Assembly: GCA_963714275.1 (NCBI GenBank)
Contig: CAVQNT010000007.1
Location: 64,001 to 128,000, forward strand
DNA from: Candidatus Bathyarchaeota archaeon
Lineage (GTDB): Archaea > Thermoproteota > Bathyarchaeia > Bathyarchaeales > DTEX01
Direction of reading: 5' to 3'
Length of the DNA stretch: 64,000 bases
Position 1 is the stretch's first letter. Each line of letters starts with the position of its first letter. Positions 53,047-63,704 of the stretch are shown here, one piece after another. The position numbers were made by a program, and so were the translations under genes. Below the pieces are notes generated by a model, which ran no database searches, had not been told where the DNA came from, and worked only from the letters and a program-made list of their open reading frames with translations.

Positions 53047-53592
53047 CTATTTTGTATTAAGCAGTTCATTGCATCTGGATTTGACTGTTTCATAAATTTT
53101 TTTGTGGAGAGCTTCGCCAATTAGTTTTGTTTCACGGATAACTTTTAGTTTCTTTGCCAGTTCAATGTCACCAAGAGAAGCAATCCACGTTTCAAAGTCT
53201 CCTCTTTTAGTATGAAACTCAACTATTATGGCATCCACTGTCATAAGTTTCTCACAAAAATCTGTGAGGCTGTCTGACGTTACTCCTGTGGGTTGGTCGA
53301 TTCCCTTATAGAAGTGGAAAGCCTTTTCTCGTGAGGTTTTACCTAACACTTTTTTGGCAAATTTCTCATCGGTCTTAGGAAATCCAATTGCTTCTCTGCC
53401 TAAAGACGTCAGGGTATATTCGTGAAATTGCACCTTTGTAATATATCCATCTTTAAGAAGCCACCTTATATGCATGTTTGTTGCACGTGGTTTTAGCCCC
53501 AATTTTTCAATAATCTGTTTGTAATGAACCGGATTCTCATTAACCTGCATTAACTCTAGAATCTTTACTTTTGTTTCAGTCATTTTTACCAT
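53047..53592 (-). CDS. wHTH plus DUF5752-like domain protein
   Basis: N-terminal HTH; AFHFY......TG...SL..F...L......EFH..RGDF..WI motif. Confidence 0.75.
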   Translation of the reverse strand: MVKMTETKVKILELMQVNENPVHYKQIIEKLGLKPRATNMHIRWLLKDGYITKVQFHEYTLTSLGREAIGFPKTDEKFAKKVLGKTSREKAFHFYKGIDQPTGVTSDSLTDFCEKLMTVDAIIVEFHTKRGDFETWIASLGDIELAKKLKVIRETKLIGEALHKKIYETVKSRCNELLNTK

Positions 53593-53778
53593 TTTGGTTT
53601 TCCCCCACTTTCCTAATTTAAGTTTTATTAATTATGAAGTATTAATGCAGCTATTAAAGTCAGCTTAGTTAGCTTCTGTGACTCGAAAAAAAGTTGATGA
53701 GGATTAGTTAAAATACCTCATTGTGAATGACTGACGAAAGTGAACAAAAAACAATTTATCTATTTTTCAACGTAGAAC

Positions 53779-54036
53779 TTAGCTGTACATGCTTAGTACT
53801 TTTCTGATTCCGTTGATGGTAACGTGGAACCTTTCTAATCCTTCTCTGAAAGTTTTTTGTACATAATTGGTGTTGACTAGCTTATCAAGTTGTGTTATCA
53901 CTCTTTGAGGTTCCATGACTGTCCAACGAGCTATTTCATCCAATGTCAACGATCTCTCAGAGCTTATGGCGCCAACATTGTGGAGTAAACACAGAAAGTA
54001 AACCTCATCCGGCATCGAGTAGCCCCTTAAACCCAT
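53779..54036 (-). CDS. Small winged-helix protein
   Basis: LTLDEIA...L.KL...YV......F.VT..G pattern. Confidence 0.65.
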   Translation of the reverse strand: MGLRGYSMPDEVYFLCLLHNVGAISSERSLTLDEIARWTVMEPQRVITQLDKLVNTNYVQKTFREGLERFHVTINGIRKVLSMYS

Positions 54037-54042
54037 ACAGCG

Positions 54043-55209
54043 TCACCATTCACAGGCTCGTTCATACACTTTAGTTACTTTTTTGGCAACGGATTCCCAG
54101 CTATACACTTCATCAACCTTCTTTTTAGCGTTTTGGGTCAACCAGCCAGAATATCCGTCATCCGACAGGACCTTACTTACGCACCAAGCTATAGATTCAG
54201 GATTCTCTTTGTAGGCAAGTATTCCAGTTCGGTCGTGCTCAATGATTTCAGACAACCCGCCTACGTTTGAAGCGACAATCGGTATGCCAGCTGCCATGCC
54301 TTCCAAGGCTACTATCCCGAAGGGTTCATAAATTGACGGAATCACCAATGCGTCCCCGCTTTTTAACAGTTCTACACGTTCATAATCTGATATGAAGCCG
54401 AGGAAACGTATCTTGTCACCATGTCCCGTTGATGCTGCCATGTCTTCTAGGTGGCTTCGGGACCAACCGTCTCCAGATATGAGAAATTTGGCTTCGCCAT
54501 GTTGCCTAACGATGAGAGGAACCGCTCTTATCAGGTGTTCAACGCCTTTTTGTGGAACCAGTCTCCCAATGTACACGACAAGTTTATCGTTTGGTCCAAT
54601 TCCGTAGTGTCGTCTCACAGCCCCTTTGTCCACGTTTCTGCTGTATTCAGATGCGTCAATCGCGTTCGGTATGACGTTCACTTTTTCAGAGGGCAAATGG
54701 AAATGGTCGCTGATTTCTATCTTCATGGAGTTGCTGCACAACATCACCAATTTTGCTTCGAACATCATCCACCATTCTAAGCTGTCAATCATGTACGAGT
54801 CGGGGCTGCGGAGCTCCTGCACGCGCCCAAGTTCAGTGCTGTGAACGGTGCAGATAAAAGGCTTGTTCAGGAAGTTTTTTGTAGCTATGCCAGCTGAGGT
54901 TGTTAACCAATCGTGAGTGTGAATGACGTCAAAATTTACTTGGCGACTTAACGATGCGACTTTTTTTTCCATAAAATGGTTGAAAATAAAAGTCCAAGTG
55001 ATGAAGTTGGGGTGCCCAAGTTCAATTTTTATGCGGTGGACCTTTACGCCTTCTCCGTCCTCAAATTCGGGGGCTCCCGGAAACTCCAAAGTTACCACGT
55101 GGACTTCGTGACCCAGTTTAGCCAGAGCCTTCGTTAAGCCGTAACAGTGCCGAGCTATGCCACCTACGATTCTTGGAGGAAACTCCCATGTTAACATGCA
55201 TACCTTCAT
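54043..55209 (-). CDS. GT4 glycosyltransferase (glycogen-synthase-like)
   Basis: WEFPP..VGG, HTHDW, HSTE.GR, GRLV.QKG and YEPFGIVALE motifs. Confidence 0.92.
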   Translation of the reverse strand: MKVCMLTWEFPPRIVGGIARHCYGLTKALAKLGHEVHVVTLEFPGAPEFEDGEGVKVHRIKIELGHPNFITWTFIFNHFMEKKVASLSRQVNFDVIHTHDWLTTSAGIATKNFLNKPFICTVHSTELGRVQELRSPDSYMIDSLEWWMMFEAKLVMLCSNSMKIEISDHFHLPSEKVNVIPNAIDASEYSRNVDKGAVRRHYGIGPNDKLVVYIGRLVPQKGVEHLIRAVPLIVRQHGEAKFLISGDGWSRSHLEDMAASTGHGDKIRFLGFISDYERVELLKSGDALVIPSIYEPFGIVALEGMAAGIPIVASNVGGLSEIIEHDRTGILAYKENPESIAWCVSKVLSDDGYSGWLTQNAKKKVDEVYSWESVAKKVTKVYERACEW

Positions 55210-55280
55210 TCTGGTTTAGCCACATCTTATGTTGTGGGCATTAATGTAAATAGTTTATTGCCATTATATTTTTCTGGGAA

Positions 55281-56702
55281 TCATTGTGTCTCTGACATCT
55301 TCGGTAATAAAAGAGCACCTAAGTCTTTCGAGATTTCTTTAACGCGACCGTCCGTAAGGTACGTGTATACTTCTTTGTGTGCATCGGCTCTTTTCTCCCA
55401 GTCCCATATTTTCTCCGCAGTTTCTCTGCAGTTTCGGGCAATTTCCTCTGGTCTTCTGTTTTTGTAGGCGCCTTTTTGGTACTGAATTATCTTGTCAGCA
55501 GTTTCCTGTACGTTGTTGGGATTTATCCACAAGCCGTTAAATCCGTCAACGACCTTTTCTCGGAGTCCACCTAAGCCGACCGCTGGAACCACTCCACACG
55601 ACATGGCTTCGAGGTCAACTTGCCCCTGAGGCTCGTATCTTGAAGGAACAAGAGTTAGGCTCCACGAATTGATTACCTTAATCTTTTCTTCCCCAGTATA
55701 GAAGGTGTTGTCAACAAGCACAACATCGTTGAGACCAGCCTCCCGTATTCTGTCCATGAGGCTCAGATAGTAGGGGTTCTGCGGTTCAGTTTTGGTTACA
55801 ACGTGGAATCTGACTTCAGGGATTTTCTTTACAAGCATGGTGGCTAGGTCCGGTATTATGTCTATTCCCTTTACTGGGGTGCATCTTCCGATGAAGCCTA
55901 TTGTGAATCCTTTCTTCTCAACGTTCAGCATGGGTCTGAACTCGTTTGTGTCCACCCCGTGGTATATTGCGAAAACTCTATCCTTGACCTCTCCGAGCCT
56001 CATTCCGTGAGCTCTTAAGCCGAGAAGATACTCTTTCCTGTGTATCTTGCTGACTGTAAACAGGGCTGAATTGGGCAGCCTTTGGAGAATCTTGAACGTC
56101 AGTGGGAACTCGAGGTCACGAATCAAACGGAGCCCTTGATAGAATGAACCGCCATATTCTCCTTTCACCATCAGTTCAAAATCTGAAAGGTCCAGCTTGT
56201 CCGTGGTCCCGTTTATGTTGTTGTGTTGGATTCCGCCGATTCTTCCAGGTTCAGTCGAGTGGATGAAAATTGCTTGAACGAGGTTCGGGTGCAGCATTGC
56301 GTTCAGTGCGCTTCTAACAATTGACATCCAGTCGTTAGGAGCGAAAAGGTCCGCTTCCGTCATCCTGAATGGGGACGGAACGACCCCGAAATTCGTGAAG
56401 TACCTGGAAACCACGAATATTTCCGTAGGCGTCAGGTAATCAACGTTGATGCCATATTGACGGAGTATGTCGTATGTCCAAGCATAGGCTACGTCAAGGT
56501 CTACATCTGTTGATGGTCGCCTTATGATTACACCCTTAAAATCTTCTCTGATCGGAAGTTCAGGATTAAAGCGCATCGAAAAAGTCTTTACGTCGAAGCC
56601 TCTTTTTACGAGTCTGGGGTAAAGGTAATTGTGAAATGTAGATAAACCGCCTACAGCTCCAACCCCAGCCTCGTAGGAGTCAACTCTTAACCTGATTGTC
56701 AT
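55281..56702 (-). CDS. Divergent GT4 glycosyltransferase
   Basis: VGGL, PNDW, HSTEPGR, GR...KG and PSRYEPQG..LEAM motifs. Confidence 0.85.
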   Translation of the reverse strand: MTIRLRVDSYEAGVGAVGGLSTFHNYLYPRLVKRGFDVKTFSMRFNPELPIREDFKGVIIRRPSTDVDLDVAYAWTYDILRQYGINVDYLTPTEIFVVSRYFTNFGVVPSPFRMTEADLFAPNDWMSIVRSALNAMLHPNLVQAIFIHSTEPGRIGGIQHNNINGTTDKLDLSDFELMVKGEYGGSFYQGLRLIRDLEFPLTFKILQRLPNSALFTVSKIHRKEYLLGLRAHGMRLGEVKDRVFAIYHGVDTNEFRPMLNVEKKGFTIGFIGRCTPVKGIDIIPDLATMLVKKIPEVRFHVVTKTEPQNPYYLSLMDRIREAGLNDVVLVDNTFYTGEEKIKVINSWSLTLVPSRYEPQGQVDLEAMSCGVVPAVGLGGLREKVVDGFNGLWINPNNVQETADKIIQYQKGAYKNRRPEEIARNCRETAEKIWDWEKRADAHKEVYTYLTDGRVKEISKDLGALLLPKMSETQ

Positions 56703-57031
56703 ACAGATTTCAACTCATTTCATAGCGATTCGTGAAAGAACATAAGACAACTAACTTATAAAATTAATAATAACATAATAGTTAGACATCTAAGTATTTT
56801 TAATTCATATATAATGATTTTCCTCACCATTTTCTGTCCCAAACTTACTGAATTTAATAGGTTTTCTACATAAATAATGATTGGTTTGTTTGTTTTTGAA
56901 AAATATCCAAGTACCAATCTATTTCATCACTAGGACTTTGTTTTTTAAAAGAACACCAATATAAAAGCATTAACTTTCATTTTTTTTAATGTTTAGTTAT
57001 ATTACTACCCCCCTGCCCTTACTCTCACAGA

Positions 57032-57274
57032 TTGCTTATATTCAATTTTGATAGAGGGTTTTTTTGGAGGTTGCTAAGGTTGGCGGTTCAGGTCTTTGAT
57101 TTGTCTGAGGTATTAGTTTTTGATAAACCATTCAGAATCCACATCCAGTTCGGTGCCGACGTTAAAAGAGACCAGCGTGAAGAAACATTTGTAACACTGA
57201 GAAATATTGGGTATAAACAAGTCGGCAACACGTCCATATGGATTCTGAGTCGAAAGCCGTTGGAGACAGACTAA
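57032..57274 (+). CDS. Small hypothetical protein
   Basis: ORF whose stop overlaps the next start (TAATG); start uncertain. Confidence 0.45.
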   Translation: MLIFNFDRGFFWRLLRLAVQVFDLSEVLVFDKPFRIHIQFGADVKRDQREETFVTLRNIGYKQVGNTSIWILSRKPLETD

Positions 57275-57429
57275 TGCAGAAGACAGATTGCTGTAACTGC
57301 TTCCACTTTTATGGATACCACTGCAACCTCCAATTAGGTAAGGACCACATTTGGGAATATTGTAAGAAGTTTAAGCCAAAAAATAAAACATATACTTTAA
57401 AAGAAATAGAAAATGAAACTCAATTATAG
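57274..57429 (+). CDS. Small Cys-rich protein (CCNC...C...C)
   Basis: ATG overlaps the upstream stop; putative metal-binding motif. Confidence 0.5.
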   Translation: MQKTDCCNCFHFYGYHCNLQLGKDHIWEYCKKFKPKNKTYTLKEIENETQL

Positions 57430-57496
57430 CAAAGGTGACTTTAATCAATTTAAATAAAGGTTTGTATTTAGCTAGGAGTGTAAATGGTAATCTTCG

Positions 57497-58006
57497 ATGT
57501 TATCCGAAACCGCTCTTTTAACTATGGTGCAAGTAGGAGTTACTGGAGCAGGGCTCGTATTAGCAATTTATACTTTAATTATTCCTATATCCAGAAGAAT
57601 GTTCAATTATCGAGCAAAATTACTTTATAAACAAATTACGGAATTTAAAAAGCAGAATTATACTCTTACGCCTGAAGCTACAAATAAAGAGTTTAAACGC
57701 CTTCGTCAACTTTCAAAGAATATAAGGGAAACTAGAATTTTTCCAAGATATCTGGGTGTTGGTGTGCTTTTTACTTTCTTTTCTTATATTCTTCTAGCTT
57801 TATTGGGATTTGTGGCGTTAAATCCAATTAATCGCACAAATGAAATCGAATTTTTTATTGCATTAATTTTTTTTGTTGCAATTTTTTCATTTCTTTCGCT
57901 CGGAATTTTTACAATCTATGATATTTCTAATACAATGAAAAATGAATATGAAAGAATAAAGAAAAAGATTGAAGAAGATGAAAAAAACATTCTGCTAATT
58001 AAGTAA
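57497..58006 (+). CDS. Membrane protein (3 predicted TM helices)
   Basis: Hydrophobic segments visible in the translation. Confidence 0.7.
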   Translation: MLSETALLTMVQVGVTGAGLVLAIYTLIIPISRRMFNYRAKLLYKQITEFKKQNYTLTPEATNKEFKRLRQLSKNIRETRIFPRYLGVGVLFTFFSYILLALLGFVALNPINRTNEIEFFIALIFFVAIFSFLSLGIFTIYDISNTMKNEYERIKKKIEEDEKNILLIK

Positions 58007-58176
58007 CTGAATTTGGAAAGGCGAAACAGCATCTTGGTTTGATATAGATACTAGTCAGCAAAAATAAGCCCAAAAACAGCATGTAATACTACTAAATTAT
58101 CGTTTATCTAAAACATTTATACAAACCATTAAACTAAACGGTATTCATTCTTTAATCTTGGCTTTGAAGGTCTTTA

Positions 58177-58377
58177 TTAGTTAGCTGGCTTTTTATCATG
58201 TGGAAGAACAAGACCAAGAACAAAAGCAAAGAAACCTAGACCTCCTAGAAATAAAATATACATCTGATATTGCAAGGCGAGGTTTGATGTTGCGAGGAAT
58301 CCGAAAAGTAATATAGCCGCAACCATCATAAAAAACCCTAAAACAAAGAGAAAACTTTTGGTCAGACTACTAGCCAT
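58177..58377 (-). CDS. Small two-TM membrane protein
   Basis: MASSLTKSFLFVLG... with two hydrophobic segments. Confidence 0.55.
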   Translation of the reverse strand: MASSLTKSFLFVLGFFMMVAAILLFGFLATSNLALQYQMYILFLGGLGFFAFVLGLVLPHDKKPAN

Positions 58378-58511
58378 GTAGTTCCCCAATGAAATATATA
58401 GGCCAACATCCTTATATTCATTGTAACAAAAGGTATTGGCTGAAAAGAGGCTCAGGCACCGCGAAGTAAGGGCTGTCATAACAACTTTAAGGGACATAAC
58501 ATCACTTTTTC

Positions 58512-59404
58512 TTATTTCCACCAATCAAGAATCAACAACTGGTCAATCATTTCATGCAATTTCTGTTCTCTATTTAATGAATCAGTCACTAGACTCCTAA
58601 CCTGAGGAGCATTATTTCTAAATCCTTTTTCTATTTCCATCCTTTGAGTGTCGCATTTCTTGATGAAGTTGTAGACTTTCTTCACTCCCTTACTTCTTCT
58701 GGATGTAACAACGTTAATTGGCCACTGGATTTTGTTGAATCCCATACCTCTGTATTAAGCCTTTCATCCCATTCGACAAATGTTTTTAACTTAATGTCTT
58801 CTAACTCATCGTGCAACAATTTCATTAGGTCGTTCCTAGGTTGTTCTCTTTGGCCCTTTACGCTTAATATGTCGAATCCAGTCTTTTCAGCCTCTTTCAA
58901 TTCCCTGATTATAGTATCACGGCATTCATCGAGAGAATCCTTGAAAGGCACATAGACTATTCCTTCTATGTCTGAAGGTCTTTCAACATCCTCTTTCAAC
59001 AAACAACATACTCTTCTGCGTCTAAGAAGCCCCCAAAAATAGCCCATCTCAAAGATTACATTTTGACGAGCGCGAGGTTTCAGTTTATTCAGAAGAACTC
59101 TGAAGTCTCCTATTCTACTTATAGCAGCATGAAATTTCATTTTTTCGATTATAGTTTTTTCACAGCCAACATCGTCAGGAGTTAGAATCACAAAAGTGAA
59201 TCCTACATCTCCTGCGTATTTTTCGAGTTTCTCAGCAAGAGTCAAACCGCCACTCGCTTTTTCATGAAGAACTATAGGATTTAAACCAAAGTCCTTTAAC
59301 ATTGCCTTTAATTCATTAACAGGTTCGATATCGTGACCATGAACGATAAAGGCATTCTTGCTTGAAAAATCAGAGTCTAATGTCAAGATTCTCGGTTTCT
59401 CCAC
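58512..59404 (-). CDS. TIR-like nucleotide-binding protein (CAP12/Pycsar-type TIR) with helical C-terminal extension, frameshift near 58690
   Basis: FIVHGHD, ILTPDD, RARQNVIFEMGYF and PSDIEG motifs. Confidence 0.85.
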
Positions 59405-59560
59405 CTATATTATAATAAAAAAAACAGTTATAAAAGAATATAATTGACTGAGTCTATTACATTATATTTTTGAGACGTTGATAGACGGTTCGACTTCGAC
59501 AATGCAATTGGAACTCCCTCGCACCATCTTCGGATAGCAACCACATACCAATGGTATCGT

Positions 59561-59614
59561 CCTCGCATTACTATCGCTTCCCTATCGTATTCCCTTCGTA
59601 TTTTATCGTAATTT
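59561..59614 (+). repeat. Five degenerate ~11-bp tandem repeats (TATCGYATT-like)
   Basis: TCG cores at 59563, 59574, 59585, 59596 and 59606. Confidence 0.55.
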
Positions 59615-59727
59615 GGGCTTTCTGAGAGTAAAACATAGATTCCCAGAATAAAACATGCTAACTAGTTTATCAGGACGAGACCAAAAGACGTTTATCTAAC
59701 ATCTCTTAAGGATTTATAGGATGTGAA

Positions 59728-60481
59728 GTGAGGAAAAGCACAACGTTATTATTCTATACCTTTCTTGTTTTTCTTTTGCCTTTGTGCATCATTGGGTCCG
59801 TACAGTCTCTCGCCAGTTTTATCGAACCTATCGCTAAAATAAATAGGTCTGAGACAATAGTATATTCGAGAGGAGAAGAGAACTTGACAGAAACCCCAGC
59901 CTATCTCCTTCAACTATTCAGTGACAAGGCCCTATACGACAAAGGAGACAAGGTTCTGATCAGTGTATACATTACTGGTGCAGGAGGCATAAATGAGAGC
60001 GCAATATTGGGACATGTCCCACAGAACATAATGTCTGGCAATACGAACATTGTCTTGTTTAAATTCGCTAAAAGTTCTGAATGGGAGGGTTGGAAACCTG
60101 TGTTTCCTCAAGAAGAATTTAAAATGGAAAACCGCTTCGTTGGAATTCTATCGCCTGGATATTTCTCAATCAATCCTGCTGTCAGACCAATGCTTTGGTC
60201 AGAGAACGTATCTTGAGCCCCGACACCAACAAAAAGTATCCCCGATTGCCTTCAGCTTTGAAATCAATCAAGATGCTCCCTCAGGCGACCACAAAATCGA
60301 GTTTGCCTTCAAATACAAATCTGGGGATGGCGAATGGTCAATTTGCAAAAGAGGCCTTATTACCATTCATATAATCGGTTTTGTCGAAAAATACGCCTTG
60401 GGTCTCACAATAATTTGTTCAGCGATCATCACAGTGTGCATCTCAGTACGTATTTTGGATCTTGTCTCACACTTGATGTAA
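59728..60481 (+). CDS. Secreted, C-terminally anchored beta-sandwich-like protein, frameshift near 60215
   Basis: N-terminal signal peptide; DAPSGDH.I.F.F.Y segment; C-terminal TM helix. Confidence 0.6.
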
Positions 60482-60609
60482 GCGAATCCCAGACATCTAA
60501 CCGTTTGGGTTTGGGGATTAAATTTTAATCTTTTTTTTTCTTCTGCTCAATGAATTATTTAAGCTTAAATATTCACGCGCACTCACTTATTCTTAGCGGG
60601 TGATTTGTC

Positions 60610-61041
60610 ATGTCAGCAAAAGAAAATAAGGCGCTCGTGCATCGTTTTTTGAGGAGTCGAACAAGGGGAAGGCAGCCGCCATGGCCGTAATGGACGAGTT
60701 ATGCGCCACTAACATCGTCTATCACGGTGGCGCGGCAGGAAATACGTGGCCTCAAGGACTACAAACAAATGAGCGAGTTGTACAGCGCGTTTCCCGACAT
60801 TCATTTAACCATTGATGACATGGTCGCCGAAGGAGACAAGGTAGCGGTGCGCATTACAATGACTGGCACACACAAAGGTGAATTTATGGGCATCCCTCCT
60901 ACCAATAAGAAGGTGACGATTTGGGCGATCAACATCTACCGCATTGCTGGCGGCAAGATCGTGGAAGAGCTGGGAAAGGCGGATACCTTGGGCTTGATGC
61001 AGCAACTCGGCGTTGTACCCACGCCGAAGAAGGAAAAATAA
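60610..61041 (+). CDS. SnoaL-like ester cyclase, 5' frameshift(s)
   Basis: MSAKENKALV.RF; AFPD......D.VAEGDKV..R....GTH.G.FMGIPPT.K motif. Confidence 0.85.
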
Positions 61042-61126
61042 CCTCCACTAATCGTATTCCGATTTCAGCTTCCCCTCTTTTTCTGTTCGTATAAAGTTTT
61101 TGTTTTTGTGTATTTTTGTTACCCTA

Positions 61127-61422
61127 TCACATAGCAGCTGATAGTTGTCCAGTATCTGCTCTAGCTCTGTTCAACACTGGGGGAATAATCCAGTATTTCA
61201 TGCCGTCTTCACAAAAGTAATACCTGTAGGTCCACTTCTTATGTTTTCCATAATTCCGTGTTTTTTGATTAACTCTTGCAGTTTATCATAGAGTTCAGGA
61301 TACTTGTTTCTAATGATGTATTCGTGACTGTTACCTTGTGTTGACCTGTGCCATTCTGCTTTAGAGAGTTCGTCAATAAGACTCTGCATTTCAGGAGAAA
61401 GTTTCCGTTTCACTGGCTTCAA
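61127..61422 (-). CDS. Small hypothetical protein (HEY..R ... KYW....LNR), frameshift near 61240
   Basis: The alternate frame continues to TGA at 61127. Confidence 0.5.
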
Positions 61423-61643
61423 AATTTAAGCCATCCTTTTATTACCATTTGGTATAATTTTATATCCATTTTTAAACATATATACTTAATGGTTATTCCG
61501 TAGAGTGTTCTAACTAAAAATCAGCAAAAATCTGAAGATGCATATAAATTAATAAAAAAACTAGCTGAGCTAAAAAACTAGATTAAACTTTAATAAAATC
61601 GGTAACTTTAATTCAATAACTAGTTACTGAGAGGTGAATAAGA

Positions 61644-61919
61644 ATGTCAGAAAAAGATTCTGTAGAGTTTAAATGGCTGGATGCTAAACCGATAGGTAAT
61701 CAAACAGTTGTATTTAATTTGGAAGATGGAACGCAAGTAAGGATTAGAGTAGATATAAACAGAGCAGGTGTCGCTATTAACTCCGTCAATCCTGATGGAA
61801 GCCCACAATACCATTTTGATATAGGTATAGCTCAGCAAATAGTTCCTGCACAAAGAAAGTTCAAGTTGCCCAAACAACAAATTGGTCTTCCTAAACCAGA
61901 AAAAAATATCATCGTTTGA
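61644..61919 (+). CDS. Small beta-rich hypothetical protein
   Basis: 91-aa ORF with GAGGTGA ribosome-binding site. Confidence 0.65.
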   Translation: MSEKDSVEFKWLDAKPIGNQTVVFNLEDGTQVRIRVDINRAGVAINSVNPDGSPQYHFDIGIAQQIVPAQRKFKLPKQQIGLPKPEKNIIV

Positions 61920-62244
61920 GCTAGAAACTGAGGGGGTACTATAGTTATCCGAGCTGCAAATCCTTAAAAACTCTTATTTCAATATTAAATCTGTGAACTG
62001 GCTGACGGATTGGTTTGTTATATACCTCCTTCTTGTTCCCTTATTGACTGTTGTGGTTCTATGCTTAAGCTTTTAAATTGTATATTAAGCAAAAAAAGAA
62101 GTGGTTAAGGGATGAAGAAGTAGAAAAGTAGCTAAGTTGAGTTGAGAAAGTGTCTGATCTTTTTTTCTAAGCTATTCCAAAAGCGAAAATAGAACACCTG
62201 CATTTTAAAGCGAAAAACTATATAATTTATATATGTCCAGATAG

Positions 62245-62430
62245 GTGAAGAGAATGATGACTTGGGATAACCCAATTTTACCTTTACTTTTCACTATCGT
62301 AATTATATCTGGTATTTTAATTCCTCTTCTTATTGTGTTAATATCTTACATACGAATGAATTTGAACAAGAAGAAAAAAGAAAAAATAAAGAAAAGAAAA
62401 TCTCTTAGTTCTAATTTTATTTCGTCATAA
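62245..62430 (+). CDS. Small single-TM protein with basic tail
   Basis: Hydrophobic helix followed by a Lys-rich tail; AGGTGA RBS upstream of the internal ATG. Confidence 0.5.
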   Translation: MKRMMTWDNPILPLLFTIVIISGILIPLLIVLISYIRMNLNKKKKEKIKKRKSLSSNFISS

Positions 62431-62549
62431 GTTTGAAGCGAAAAAGCTAGGGGTAAATGCTTAAAATCGATTCAAAATATTGAGTTATACTTCATAAGAG
62501 TAATTATAATAGTTTCATAAATATATTCTGCTAGTTAGGAGAGAATTTT

Positions 62550-62690
62550 ATGGAAGTAGGTGAACACGAAATAAATAAAGATAAAAAACTTACAATAAAA
62601 GATAAATTATCAATAACAGCACAGGGCATGTTAATGATGGCATCTGCCTTTGAGGTTTTATGGATATACAAAATTTTTTTGGGATTCTAG
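62550..62690 (+). CDS. 46-aa putative membrane peptide
   Basis: AGGAG RBS; hand-translated ORF with a hydrophobic C-terminus. Confidence 0.4.
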   Translation: MEVGEHEINKDKKLTIKDKLSITAQGMLMMASAFEVLWIYKIFLGF

Positions 62691-62744
62691 TCACTAGTTT
62701 AAAAGTAGTCTGGTAATAGTTCCATATTTCTTTTAATGTTTTGG

Positions 62745-62790
62745 TTCCTTTATGTCCTTGTATTCTTATATTCCTTTATGTCCTTGTATT
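62745..62790 (+). repeat. 20-bp exact direct repeat TTCCTTTATGTCCTTGTATT x2
   Basis: Copies at 62745-62764 and 62771-62790. Confidence 0.85.
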
Positions 62791-63704
62791 GTATGATTCT
62801 CCGAAAGTATCCATCTATCATGAATATCTCTTTTTATTTTTGCGTCTGTGATTACTCTCACTTCAAACAAGATTCCCTTATTTTTAAGTTCGTTCCTCAA
62901 ATCTTTAAACAATTTTCTGAAGGTCTCATCAGATTTGTCTACAAGCATAAGTATTTTAATTTCCTTTATTTTTCCAGGGTCTAAGGAGGATTCGGATATT
63001 AATTCTAACCCAGGTTTTGTGAAGTATTTGTCTACCCAATGTATGTGGCCTTGGCATGATTTAAGAGTATCCCAAAATACTTTTTTGTTTGTGAATGGTG
63101 TGTCAGGTGATATTAGGGGAGGTCCTTTTTTAATATTATTAAATCCCAAATGTTGTGCTATTTTTGAAATTATTGTTTCTTCTCTCTTAGCGAGGAAGGC
63201 TTCGAAATCGTCAGTTAGCATGTGTTTGAATGCTTCTTTGCTAATTAAGTGAGTTTCAAGAACTTCAATGAATTTTTCTTCGTTTCCTGCAAATTTCTCT
63301 GAGATTATTTGTTTAAGGTAAGTTGAAGGTTTACTGTAACCTTTGACTTGGTTTGTATCTCTCGAAAGCCATGTCATGTTTAGTACTGAATTTATATATT
63401 TTGTTGGCCATTGAATTTGATTTCCAGATTTAGGGAAGATGTGGTCTTGGTTGTGTTGTCTTGCGTTTTTAAGCATTTGCCAAGTTATAAAATCTTTAGC
63501 CCCTTCAAGTGCTATTAATGACATTACGCCCTTATATTTTGAATTGGATTTCGTTTCAGTTTCCTTGAGATGCAGATTTGGGAATTCCTCTTTCATTTTA
63601 AGTATTGTTTTTGGTATTTTACCCCCCCCCTCTTGGATAGCTATTTTTGCGTATCTTGGATTTAACGCCGTAAAAGTGCCTTTAAGAGGCGGTCCACGTG
63701 ACAT
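62766..63704 (-). pseudogene. Fragment of a GmrSD/DUF262-like restriction protein (HNH-like DHIFP..N..N) fused to a PLD-like WVDKY/HDRW domain
   Basis: DHIFPKS, NSVLNMTWL...TN, WVDKYF and IHDRWI motifs; lacks the N-terminal DUF262 domain. Confidence 0.65.
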
